From Candidatus Aminicenantes bacterium (lineage in GTDB: Bacteria; Acidobacteriota; Aminicenantia; Aminicenantales; JAFGBC01): a stretch of 64,000 bases of DNA. Under the pieces are notes generated by a model. It did not search any database, was not told where the DNA came from, and worked only from the letters and a program-made list of their open reading frames with translations. The translations under genes and the position numbers were made by a program. Shown piece by piece: positions 20,580-29,454 of the stretch. Every line of letters begins with the position of its first letter. Position 1 is the first letter of the stretch. The stretch is taken from contig OY969696.1 of the NCBI GenBank assembly GCA_963702005.1, positions 1,056,001 through 1,120,000 of the forward strand, written 5' to 3'.

Positions 20580-20666
20580 GGGGGCATCGATAAAAACGGC
20601 CATCCTTATTTCTTGACGCTGGACCCGACAAGGCATTCTCATCGAGCAGTATGATAAAATAGTCCG

Positions 20667-22112
20667 GTGAAGATGATGTTTCGCCGGCATCCAGCCTCGT
20701 CTGCATGTCTTGCGGCGGCATTCTTAGCGCTGTTCGTTTCCCTGGCGGCGCCGCTCGCCGCCGACGAGACGACCGATAAAGTTGACAGGCTCTTCGCCCC
20801 CTGGGATAAGACGACTTCCCCCGGCGCGACCCTGGCCGTCATCCGCGACGGCCGCATTATTTATGAGCGCGGCTACGGCATGGCCAAGCTCGAGGACGGG
20901 ATCGTCATGACCCCGGACAAGATCTTCGATATCGGGTCGGTCTCCAAGCAGTTCACGGCGGCCTGCGTCGTCCTGCTCGTCCGCGACGGCAAGCTCTCGC
21001 TCGACGACAACGTCCGCAAGTTCATCCCCGAGCTTCCCGACTACGGGACGCCCATCACCGTCCGCCACCTCCTCCATCACACGAGCGGGCTGCGCGACTA
21101 CAACTCCCTGCTCGAAATGGCCGGCTTCCGCGACGACTCCGACTGCCCGACAGTCGAGGAATCCCTGGACGTTATCTGCCGCCAAAAGAAGCTCAACTAT
21201 ACGCCGGGCGCCGAATATTCCTACACCAACTCCGGCTATTTCCTGCTCGGCCAGATCGTCGAGCGCGTCAGCGGCCGGTCGCTCAACGGCTTCGCCCAGG
21301 AGCGCATCTTCAAGCCCCTGGGCATGGCGCACACCCTCTTCCAGGACGACCACACCCAAATCATCCCCAATCGGGCCAGCGGCTACGAGGCGGCGGGGCC
21401 AGGCTTCCGGCTGGACATGAGCAACTGGGACGAGACGGGCGACGGCAACGTCTACACCTCGGTCGAGGACCTTGCCCTCTGGGACCAGGCGTTCTATAAC
21501 GGCAAGCTCGGCCGGGAGGTCACGGACATGCTCCAGACGACGGGGACGCTGACGAACGGAAAGCCGATCGATTACGCTTTCGGCCTCCGCCTGAACGAAT
21601 ATAGAGGTCTAAGAACGGTTTCTCACTCCGGCTCCTGGGCCGGGTTCCGGGCGGCTCTCATCCGCTTCCCGGACGAGCGGTTCTCGGTCATCTGCCTGGC
21701 CAACCTGGGCACGATAGAGCCCTACATCTTAGCGTTCCAGGTGGCCGATATCTACCTGGCCGGAAAACTCAAGGGGCCGGAGATCATGGAAGAACAGAAG
21801 GCCGAAGCGGCGGTCAAAGCGCCGGCGCCCTTCGGGCCTCTCGGCGCGGCCCGGCTGGCCGAATATACGGGGACGTACCTGAGCCCGGAGCTCCTGGACG
21901 CCAGGTATCAGGTCAGCATGGACAAAGGCGCGCTCCTTCTCAAGATGCGGGCATTCCCGAAGCTCGAGCTGAAAGCGACAGCGCCCGATCAATTTGCCCA
22001 ACCGGAACTGGACGCCACTTACGAATTCGTCCGCGGCCGCGGCGGCAAGGTCACGGGCTTCAAGCTCAACGTCGAGGGGGCCAACGGCATCGAGTTCTTC
22101 AAGAAATCTTAA
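20667..22112 (+). CDS. Serine hydrolase, beta-lactamase class C / D-aminopeptidase-like family
   Basis: Signal peptide and SVSK (SxxK), YTN, HSG and LLHHTSGL motifs. Confidence 0.88.
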   Translation: MKMMFRRHPASSACLAAAFLALFVSLAAPLAADETTDKVDRLFAPWDKTTSPGATLAVIRDGRIIYERGYGMAKLEDGIVMTPDKIFDIGSVSKQFTAACVVLLVRDGKLSLDDNVRKFIPELPDYGTPITVRHLLHHTSGLRDYNSLLEMAGFRDDSDCPTVEESLDVICRQKKLNYTPGAEYSYTNSGYFLLGQIVERVSGRSLNGFAQERIFKPLGMAHTLFQDDHTQIIPNRASGYEAAGPGFRLDMSNWDETGDGNVYTSVEDLALWDQAFYNGKLGREVTDMLQTTGTLTNGKPIDYAFGLRLNEYRGLRTVSHSGSWAGFRAALIRFPDERFSVICLANLGTIEPYILAFQVADIYLAGKLKGPEIMEEQKAEAAVKAPAPFGPLGAARLAEYTGTYLSPELLDARYQVSMDKGALLLKMRAFPKLELKATAPDQFAQPELDATYEFVRGRGGKVTGFKLNVEGANGIEFFKKS

Positions 22113-22302
22113 GGACGATTGTCCTTATCCGACCGAACGCCCGGCCGCGATCAAGTTGAGCCCCCAAGCCGTCGGCCGGATTCTTCGATCCATTTTTCGC
22201 GGTCATCACGCCGGAGTTCCAGGTTCTCAGGAAGAACCCGGAATTCCGGGCCCTGTTCAAACTGGGCATCTAAGCCTATAATATTTAAGGAGGGAGGGGA
22301 CT

Positions 22303-24966
22303 ATGAAAAAGTATCTTCTTGCGCTTCCTATCGCGGCGCTGGCCTCCGCCTTGGCCATCGGCCCGCGAACGATCCAGCCGAAGTCCGCTCGGATTATCCC
22401 CAGCGCGACTCCGACGGCGTTTAAGATCGATCCCGACTTCGGAACGCAGTGCGCGGCTTTCATCCCCAACCGGGGACAGACGCAGGCACAAGCTCTCTAC
22501 TACGCCAAGATGTCTTCGTCCACCCTCTGGCTGACCAAGACGGCGCTTGTTCTCGATTCCAAGTCCGGCGCCGATCCTGAGGGAGGCGCCCCGTCCCGCG
22601 ACGTGGTCCGGATCGAGTTCGAGGGCGCCAACCCCGCGCCCGAAGTGATCGCTCAAGATCCCGGCACCCAGGTCGTCAACTATCTCATCGGCAACGACCC
22701 GGCGAAGTGGCGGCAGGAGCTTGCGACCTTTCGGAGCGTCCTCTATCGGAACCTCTACAAGAACATCGACCTCAAGGTCTACGGCCGAGGGGGCGAGTTC
22801 GAATACGACTGGATCGTAAAGCCCGGAGGCGACGCCGGGAAGATCCGGGTCAGAATCGAGGGAGAAGCCCGGCCGGTCCTCGAGAAGGACGGATCTCTTG
22901 TCCTTTCGACCCGGCACGGCGAGTGGACCCTGCATAGACCGCAAGCATATCAAGTCCTTAACGGTAAGCCCATCGATGTCCAAGCTGCGTTTAAAGCCAT
23001 GGGGCAAAACACGTTCGGCCTGACCGTCGGCGGCTACGATAAGACCCAAATCCTGATGATCGACCCCGTCCTAGGCCTTAAATTCTCTTCCTTCCTGAGA
23101 GGGAGCAAGGACGAGGCGGGCCGAGGATTGGCGGTTTCGGCCAAGGGATTTATCTATATCGCGGGTTATACGGATTCCTCCGACTTTCCGACAAAGGCCG
23201 GCTACAACCAAGTCCTGGCCGGCGGTTACGACGTTTTCGTGACCAAGCTCCCCGCCTCGGGCCAGGGGCTCATCTATTCGACCTACATCGGAGGAAAGGG
23301 TTCGGACCTCGCTTATGGCCTCGCGGTCGACGCCACAGGCGCGGCCTATGTTACCGGCTCGACCGAGTCGGCCGACTTCCCGGTCAAGAACGCCTTCAAA
23401 TCAACTCCCGCGGGAAACGAGGATGCTTTCGTCCTCAAGCTCAGCCCAACGGGCGGAGTCCTCGTCTATTCGACCTATCTGGGCGGCCAGGGTTCGGACG
23501 CCGGCTTGGCGATCGGGGTGGACGGCCAAGGTTGTGCCTGCGTGACGGGAAAAACAGCTTCTTCAAATTTTCCATTAGTCTCGGCGCTGGACTCGAAAAT
23601 CGAGGGCCAGGAAGCCTTTGTCGCCAAATTATCGCCGTCCGGAACGTCGCTGATCTATTCGACGTTTCTCGGCGGGAAAGGAACAGACGCGGGCCGGGGG
23701 ATCGCCCTGGACAGCGGGGGCGGAGCCTACGTCACCGGTTCGACGGATTCCACGGATTTCCCGGTCGCGAACGCCTTTAGCACATCCGCGCACGGCGGCC
23801 TGGACGCGTTTGTCGCCCGGATTTCGCCGACGGGCCGGTCCTTAATCTTTTCCACTTACCTCGGCGGCGCCTCGGACGATGTCGGCTACGGGATCGCCCT
23901 GGACTCGGCGCGAAACGTTTACGTCACCGGGCAGACGGCATCTCCGGATTTTCCGCTTAAGAACGCCTACGACATCACCCTGGGCGGCCGGGACGCCTTC
24001 GTTGCCAAGCTTGATGCCTTGGGGAAAAATCTCGTCTATTCGACCTTCTTGGGAGGGCTTAAAGAGGACGCCGGATACGCGATCGTCGTGGCGGCGGATC
24101 ATACGGCCTGGGTGACGGGCTTCACGAAGTCGTCCGATTTTCCGACCGCGGCCAGCGTTTACGAGACCTACACAGCCGGCCGCGACGCGTTCCTGACCCA
24201 ACTTTCAGCGGACGGCGCGAAGCTCGTCTCCTCAGCCTGCTTCGGGGGGAGCGGGAACGAGACGGCCTATGCGCTTGCTCTTTCCGCGGATGGATTCCCC
24301 TGTCTGACGGGCGCGACGTCCTCGGCGGATTTTCCGACCGTTTCAACCGCGGACAAGGCCGCGGGCGGCGGCGAGGATGTCTTTAGCGTCAAGTTCGCCG
24401 CTGTCATCGTCGAGGTGCGGATCGATGATGTCGATCTAGTCTACGGATGGGGGGCTAAGCCCGTCGTCGCAGTGGACGTCTGGGGCCAGAACTTCGGGAG
24501 CCAGGGCCAAAAACAGCTTGTCTGCGACGGCGTCCTGATCCCCCGCGAGAAGGTCCAGTCCTGGTCAAGTTCTCATATCAGGCTCTCATCGGCCGGTTGG
24601 CTCGATGACCTGATCTATGTGGATCATAATTACAGCTTCGCTATCGAAGAATACGGCGCGGTTATCTCCAACACGCATCTCCAGCGATTTTTAATGCATA
24701 TCTTTGATATCTGGGATTATGGAGATTTTGGCTATCACGAAGTCGCGATCGAGGGATATAATTTCGGAACCGAGCAGGGTTCAAATGTCGTGCGGATGGA
24801 CTCTGATTCGGGCTCCTGGATCGTGGATGTTCATGGCTGGGGTCCTTATTCCGTATTGATCGGCGATTGGAGCTTCGCCACTCCTCCGGCCGGGGATTAT
24901 GACGTCTATATCCAGAGGGATTCTCAAATCATCTCCGAAGTTTATCGCTTTCATAAATGGTGGTGA
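22303..24966 (+). CDS. Secreted SBBP repeat protein with C-terminal IPT/TIG-like domains
   Basis: Same N-terminal domain and SBBP repeats as 1435..3501. The tail has two G.NFG...W units. Confidence 0.85.
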   Translation: MKKYLLALPIAALASALAIGPRTIQPKSARIIPSATPTAFKIDPDFGTQCAAFIPNRGQTQAQALYYAKMSSSTLWLTKTALVLDSKSGADPEGGAPSRDVVRIEFEGANPAPEVIAQDPGTQVVNYLIGNDPAKWRQELATFRSVLYRNLYKNIDLKVYGRGGEFEYDWIVKPGGDAGKIRVRIEGEARPVLEKDGSLVLSTRHGEWTLHRPQAYQVLNGKPIDVQAAFKAMGQNTFGLTVGGYDKTQILMIDPVLGLKFSSFLRGSKDEAGRGLAVSAKGFIYIAGYTDSSDFPTKAGYNQVLAGGYDVFVTKLPASGQGLIYSTYIGGKGSDLAYGLAVDATGAAYVTGSTESADFPVKNAFKSTPAGNEDAFVLKLSPTGGVLVYSTYLGGQGSDAGLAIGVDGQGCACVTGKTASSNFPLVSALDSKIEGQEAFVAKLSPSGTSLIYSTFLGGKGTDAGRGIALDSGGGAYVTGSTDSTDFPVANAFSTSAHGGLDAFVARISPTGRSLIFSTYLGGASDDVGYGIALDSARNVYVTGQTASPDFPLKNAYDITLGGRDAFVAKLDALGKNLVYSTFLGGLKEDAGYAIVVAADHTAWVTGFTKSSDFPTAASVYETYTAGRDAFLTQLSADGAKLVSSACFGGSGNETAYALALSADGFPCLTGATSSADFPTVSTADKAAGGGEDVFSVKFAAVIVEVRIDDVDLVYGWGAKPVVAVDVWGQNFGSQGQKQLVCDGVLIPREKVQSWSSSHIRLSSAGWLDDLIYVDHNYSFAIEEYGAVISNTHLQRFLMHIFDIWDYGDFGYHEVAIEGYNFGTEQGSNVVRMDSDSGSWIVDVHGWGPYSVLIGDWSFATPPAGDYDVYIQRDSQIISEVYRFHKWW

Positions 24967-24969
24967 TGA

Positions 24970-25181
24970 ATCGCGGCCGCGGCGACGGTCAGAAACAGCG
25001 CTTTCTTCATTTCGCTTCTCCTTTTTGGGCCGCCGCCGCTCAGGGCAGCGTCAGCGTTTCGGGGGCGACGATGAGCTTCCCCTGAATCGGGACGCCGCGC
25101 GGGCAGGCGGATTCGCAGGCGCCGCAGGCGAAGCGGCAGGTCGCGCCGCCGGCGGTTCGTTCGGGTCAGGTCGTTTGGCAT
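24970..25181 (-). pseudogene. Collapsed remnant of an Fe-S oxidoreductase gene and of the start of a following secreted-protein gene
   Basis: GGAGG-ATG (25181) MPNDLTRTNRR, then out-of-frame CRFACGACESACPRGVPIQ...TLTLP* (25138-25040), then GGAG-ATG (25010) MKKALFLTVAAAAI cut off at the SBBP stop. Confidence 0.6.
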
Positions 25182-25402
25182 ATCGTGTTTCCTCCAGCGG
25201 ATATACAGCAAGGCCCGTGCCATCGTTCTTGCCTGTCAATCGTCCATGGCACGTAAACATACTTACTAAGCCGGGCAGAAAATACCTGACTCCCTATTTC
25301 TTTGTCGCCCGGCTAGTACTCGGGGAGCAGCAAGGATTATGCAAAATATATACTGCTCCCCGTAGTAACAGGACCCGTTTCTACGGCGAGGCTCGGGCGC
25401 GC

Positions 25403-25431
25403 TTGACAGGGCCTTGGGCCGGACGTATTCT
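25403..25431 (+). promoter_or_regulatory. sigma70-like promoter
   Basis: TTGACA-N17-TATTCT. Confidence 0.6.
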
Positions 25432-25445
25432 CGATTTTTAAGAGC

Positions 25446-26054
25446 ATGATCACGAGACGTGAACGGAGCGCCGGGGCGGCCTTATTCGCCTGCGCCGTCG
25501 TGTACGCTTCCGGGATCGCCGTCGGCCGCGGCTCGGGGCAAGAGCTCCTCGGTCCCCTGACCAAGGAGCAGATTTTGAACGTCCTGCCCGAATGCGGGTT
25601 CGAAAAGGATTCTTACGCTCCGTCTACCGCGGCCCTGGACAGGATCCGCGCGGCCGGAGGCTCGATCCGGATCGAAGCATACTTCGCGCCCTCGGACCTG
25701 GAGCAAGTCAAACAGATCGGCCGTCTGATGAAAGTCCAGGAGGCCGCGTCCGATGCGAACATCGCAATCGACTTCATCGGCCTGTCCAGAGCGAACGATC
25801 CCAGGGCGGCCGGGAAGGCCATCGAGAAGCTTCCTACTTACATCGTCTTTATCGACGGCAGCGAGGGCGGTCGCATCGCCGGAGTCGCCGGCCGGGCTCC
25901 GGAAGAATTCCTCGTATCGCTCCTGCTCCGGCCCGCCGACGATGTCCCCGCGCCGGAGACGGAGGATTCCATCTACGCCGACCGGGATTATTTCCGCGGG
26001 ATTCCCCACGCCCATTTGCCGCTCGATTGCACGCGTTGCCACCTCCCGCGCTGA
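25446..26054 (+). CDS. Exported thioredoxin-fold-like protein lacking CxxC, with C-terminal CxxCH
   Basis: Signal-like N-terminus, IEKLPTYIVF..G.EGGRI (cis-Pro loop pattern of thioredoxin folds), terminal LDCTRCH. Confidence 0.55.
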   Translation: MITRRERSAGAALFACAVVYASGIAVGRGSGQELLGPLTKEQILNVLPECGFEKDSYAPSTAALDRIRAAGGSIRIEAYFAPSDLEQVKQIGRLMKVQEAASDANIAIDFIGLSRANDPRAAGKAIEKLPTYIVFIDGSEGGRIAGVAGRAPEEFLVSLLLRPADDVPAPETEDSIYADRDYFRGIPHAHLPLDCTRCHLPR

Positions 26055-26062
26055 GACGACAC

Positions 26063-27016
26063 ATGACCCGTTCGCCGACGCCGAACCGCGCTTCTCAAGG
26101 CGGGGGTGATCCGCGAGGCTCAGGGTCGATCCTGAACAAGACCCCGCCTTCAGGCCGGGGTGTCGAGGATCTGACGATCCGGACGATGCGCAAGGCGGAC
26201 CTCGATTTCGCGGCCGCGTCGACCGTAATCGAGAACTGGCCGAGCGAAACACGCGAGGCATTCGAAGGCTTCCTCGCCCACGATCCGGACGGCTGCTTCG
26301 TCGCCGAACGGGACGGGCGCCCGGCCGGAATCTGCGTTGCCACCGCCTATGAGAGCTCCGGTTTCATAGGCGAGCTCATCGTCCGCAAGGAAGCGCGGGG
26401 ACGGGGTATCGGACCGCGGCTCTTAGACCATGCCGTCCGCTATTTAAAGGACCGGGGCGCCGCGGCCATCGGCCTCGACGCTGTCGAAAGGGCCGTTCCC
26501 TTCTACGAGAACTCCGGCTTCCGCAAGGTCTGCCGTTCCCTCAGGTTCCTGGGAAAAATCAAAGGCCGGCCGCATCCCGCCTTGAGATCGATGCGCCGGG
26601 AAGACCTGGATGAGATCCGCCGCCTCGACCGGGACGCTTTCGGTGACGACCGGAGCTTTTTCCTGGAGCGCCGACTGATTCTCTATCCTCGATTCGCGAA
26701 GGTCATGGAGCAGGCCGGCCGGATCGAGGGCTTCATCCTGGGCATCCGGGGCCGGGGCCTCGTAGCCGCGGGACCTTGGGTCGTGCGCGCTAATGTCGAA
26801 ACCCCCTTAGCGCTCCTCGAAGGACTGGCTCTCGAGACCGAAGGCCTTCCGATCCGGATAGGACTCCTCGAGACGAACGCGCGTGCGGCCGCGGCGCTGA
26901 ACCTCCTCCCGGGTCTTCAAAGCAGGCAGCCGAGCTGGCGCATGGTCCTGGGAAGCGGCGAACATCTCGGGGACACCCCTCTGTGCTGGGCCGTCGGCTC
27001 TCCGGCCAAGGGCTGA
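26063..27016 (+). CDS. Tandem GNAT acetyltransferase (YitH-like) with an in-frame repeat insertion after Met-Thr
   Basis: ARGRGIG acetyl-CoA motif, FYENSGF and DRDAFGDDRS, C-terminal SPAKG. The ORF-track extension to 25592 is a shadow of the upstream gene. Confidence 0.82.
   Translation: MTRSPTPNRASQGGGDPRGSGSILNKTPPSGRGVEDLTIRTMRKADLDFAAASTVIENWPSETREAFEGFLAHDPDGCFVAERDGRPAGICVATAYESSGFIGELIVRKEARGRGIGPRLLDHAVRYLKDRGAAAIGLDAVERAVPFYENSGFRKVCRSLRFLGKIKGRPHPALRSMRREDLDEIRRLDRDAFGDDRSFFLERRLILYPRFAKVMEQAGRIEGFILGIRGRGLVAAGPWVVRANVETPLALLEGLALETEGLPIRIGLLETNARAAAALNLLPGLQSRQPSWRMVLGSGEHLGDTPLCWAVGSPAKG
26064..26175 (+). mobile_element. TGAC-bounded palindromic element family B, copy 1
   Basis: TGAC-CCGTTCGCCGACGCC...GGCTCAGGGT...GAACAAGACCCCG...CGGGGTGTCGAGGATC-TGAC, with TGAC direct repeats 108 bp apart. 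Confidence 0.8.
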
Positions 27017-27046
27017 GCGAAGGGCCGGCCGACGCTCCGGCTCCTA

Positions 27047-29365
27047 TTACTTTTTCTTTTGGAGCGAGGATTCCAGCTCCCGGCCTTTCCGGGCGCATTC
27101 CTCGGACAGGGCGTCGTTGCCGGTCCGGTTATAGAGGTCCGCGAGCAGAAAATAGCCGAGAGGGAGGTCCGGCTTGTCCGGCTTGAGCTCCAATCCCTTC
27201 TTGACGAGGGCGATCGCTTCTTCATAGTTCTGCCCCCGGTTGAGGTCGATCCGGGCCAGATATAAATAGCTCAGCGGAAATTCCGGATTGGCCTCGACCG
27301 TCTTCTTGAGCGTCTGAAGCTCGTCCTCCTCCCGGTCCATGGTCCGGTAGAGGCGGGACAGGTTGAAAAGCGCTTTGTAGCTTTTCGGCGCGTCCCGGAT
27401 CTCCTGGAGGTAGTAATCGACGGCCTCGGGAAGCCGGTTCTGCTTTTCCCGGAGCTGGGCCATGTTGTAGCGAAGGCTCATCAGCCGGGGGTTGATGGCC
27501 AGGGCGGCCTGGAGGTGTTCCTCGGCCCGGGCGAGGTCGTCCCGGTTGAGATAGATCGCGGCCAGGGCGTTGTGGGCCGAGGCCGATTGGGGATTCTGGG
27601 ACAGGCATTGATCGAAATAGACGATGGCCTTGTCGTAGGCTCTGCGGTGGACGTTGAGGTTGCCCAGCAAGAGGGTCAGCTGGGGATCGCCGAACCCCTT
27701 CTTGATGTGGTCGAGGACGAAGCCCTCGGCCTCGTCGTAGCGACCCATGGCTTGGTAGCTGTTGGCGATGTTGATGACGGCGAAGGAATCGTCCGGCTTG
27801 AGGTCGAGGGCCTTGCCGAAGGCCGCGACGGCCTCCTGGAACCTCCGTTCCTTGTAGAGGATGTTGCCCAGGGCGAAGTGGGCGTCGCTGATGTCAGGGT
27901 CCGCGGCGATGATCTTCTGGATCATCGGAATCGCCTCCGCGGCGTTCCCGCTCAGCCCCATCTCCCGGGCCTTGGAGAGGTCGTTAAAGACGCCGATTTT
28001 ATCCCGCGGATTGGCGAGCCTCTTTCCCTTGAGCTTGGCCGAATCCGAGAAAGAGCCGATGTAGCCGAGGGCGGCCAGCTTCTGACGGGTCTCCTCGTCG
28101 ATCGTGCGGACGTCGACCTCGAAGGCGTTCCGGCCGGCCGCCTCGAGGAAGGCGCCGGCCCGGGCGTTGAGGTCTTCGAAGATGCGCTTCTGGAGGTAGA
28201 CGAGATTTTTGGCTTCGCCGGGGTCCCGGTCGAGGTCGTAAAGCTCGGGGACGGGGGCGATGATGAGCTTGAAACGATTGTCCTGTACGCTTCTAAGCTC
28301 CGACCAGCCGTAATGGTAGCGGGGGTAGAATGTCTCGGAGTAGGCGAGACGGTCTCCGCCGGCCCGGGGGCTGAAGAACGAAGGGACGAGGCTCGTCCCC
28401 TGGACCTCGGGCGGAACCGCGGTCCCGGTCATCTCGCAGACGGTCGGCAGGATATCGGCCAGGCTGACCATGGCCGGAGACACGACCCCCCGGAGCCGCC
28501 GGAACGGCGTGACGATAATGAGCGGGACATGGATCGCGCCCTGATAGACGAAAAAGCCGTGAGTGCCCTCGTCGTGTTCGCCCAGGCTCTCGCCGTGGTC
28601 GGAGGCAAAGACGAGGAACAGGTCATCGAGGAGGGCGGACTGGCCGAGATACGCCCAGAGGCGGGCCAACTGGCTGTCGGCGAAAGCGATCTCGCCGAGG
28701 TAGGGATGGTGGGCGTATTCCGTTTTATAAGGTTCGGGCGGCTCATAGGGCGTGTGGGGGTCGTAGAGGTGGATCCAGGCGAAAAACCGGCCGCCCTTGT
28801 TCGCCTTGAGCCAGGTCAGGGCTTCGTCCATGGTCTCGTTGCCCGGCCTCTGAACCTCGCCCAGGGAGATTTTCTCGAAACGGCTGAGGTCGAACTTGTC
28901 GAAGTAATAATCGAAGCCCTGGTTGAGCCCCCACTTGGAATCGAGGACGTAAGCGGAGACGAAGGCCGCCGTCGCGTAGCCCTTGGCCTTGAAGAGCTCG
29001 GCCAGGGTCGTGAGCTCCGCCGGGACGATGAAGCCGCCGTTGTCGCGGACGCCGTGCCGGGTGGGCAAGGTGCCCGTCATGATCGTCGTGTGGGAGGGAA
29101 GGGTCAAGGGCGTCTGGGACATGCAGCGTTCGAAACGGATGCCGCGGCGAGCCCAGAGGTCCATGGTCGGGGTCTCGACCCGGCTCTTCCCGTAGCAGCC
29201 GACCTTGTCCGCCCGCAGGGTATCAACGGTGATGAGGATGACGTTGAAGTCCTTGCCCGCCCGGAGGCGGCGGAAGTCGGCCCGGCGGAGGAACAGAAAA
29301 GCGCCGACGGCGGCGACGATCAAGGCCGCGGCCAGCGCGGCCGGGAGAACGAAACGGCGTTTCAT
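27047..29365 (-). CDS. Sulfatase-fold (alkaline phosphatase superfamily) hydrolase with C-terminal TPR repeats
   Basis: ITVDTLRAD, TPLTLPSH, HLYDPH, SDHGE, LAALGY, then multiple TPRs. N-terminal membrane anchor. Confidence 0.88.
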   Translation of the reverse strand: MKRRFVLPAALAAALIVAAVGAFLFLRRADFRRLRAGKDFNVILITVDTLRADKVGCYGKSRVETPTMDLWARRGIRFERCMSQTPLTLPSHTTIMTGTLPTRHGVRDNGGFIVPAELTTLAELFKAKGYATAAFVSAYVLDSKWGLNQGFDYYFDKFDLSRFEKISLGEVQRPGNETMDEALTWLKANKGGRFFAWIHLYDPHTPYEPPEPYKTEYAHHPYLGEIAFADSQLARLWAYLGQSALLDDLFLVFASDHGESLGEHDEGTHGFFVYQGAIHVPLIIVTPFRRLRGVVSPAMVSLADILPTVCEMTGTAVPPEVQGTSLVPSFFSPRAGGDRLAYSETFYPRYHYGWSELRSVQDNRFKLIIAPVPELYDLDRDPGEAKNLVYLQKRIFEDLNARAGAFLEAAGRNAFEVDVRTIDEETRQKLAALGYIGSFSDSAKLKGKRLANPRDKIGVFNDLSKAREMGLSGNAAEAIPMIQKIIAADPDISDAHFALGNILYKERRFQEAVAAFGKALDLKPDDSFAVINIANSYQAMGRYDEAEGFVLDHIKKGFGDPQLTLLLGNLNVHRRAYDKAIVYFDQCLSQNPQSASAHNALAAIYLNRDDLARAEEHLQAALAINPRLMSLRYNMAQLREKQNRLPEAVDYYLQEIRDAPKSYKALFNLSRLYRTMDREEDELQTLKKTVEANPEFPLSYLYLARIDLNRGQNYEEAIALVKKGLELKPDKPDLPLGYFLLADLYNRTGNDALSEECARKGRELESSLQKKK

Positions 29366-29396
29366 CGGAACCTATTTTACCACAGCCTTCGCGGAC

Positions 29397-29428
29397 AAAA
29401 AAAAGGGCGGCGGGCCGTCCCGCCGCCC
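29397..29428 (-). terminator. Intrinsic terminator after the TonB-dependent receptor
   Basis: 10-bp GC stem (GGGCGGCGGG/CCCGCCGCCC) followed by T8 on the minus strand. Confidence 0.85.
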
Positions 29429-29454
29429 CGTGAGAATCCGCGTTCGCGCGGCCC

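Noticed and set aside
20667-22112. Beta-lactam resistance gene
   Set aside because: SxxK/YxN/HxG with a C-terminal extension fits the broad peptidase/esterase family and is not specific evidence of beta-lactamase activity.
25592-26062. N-terminal 157 aa of the 474-aa ORF, suggesting a fusion to the GNAT
   Set aside because: Arg/Pro-rich off-frame read-through overlapping the thioredoxin-like gene. The GNAT plausibly starts at 26063 or later.
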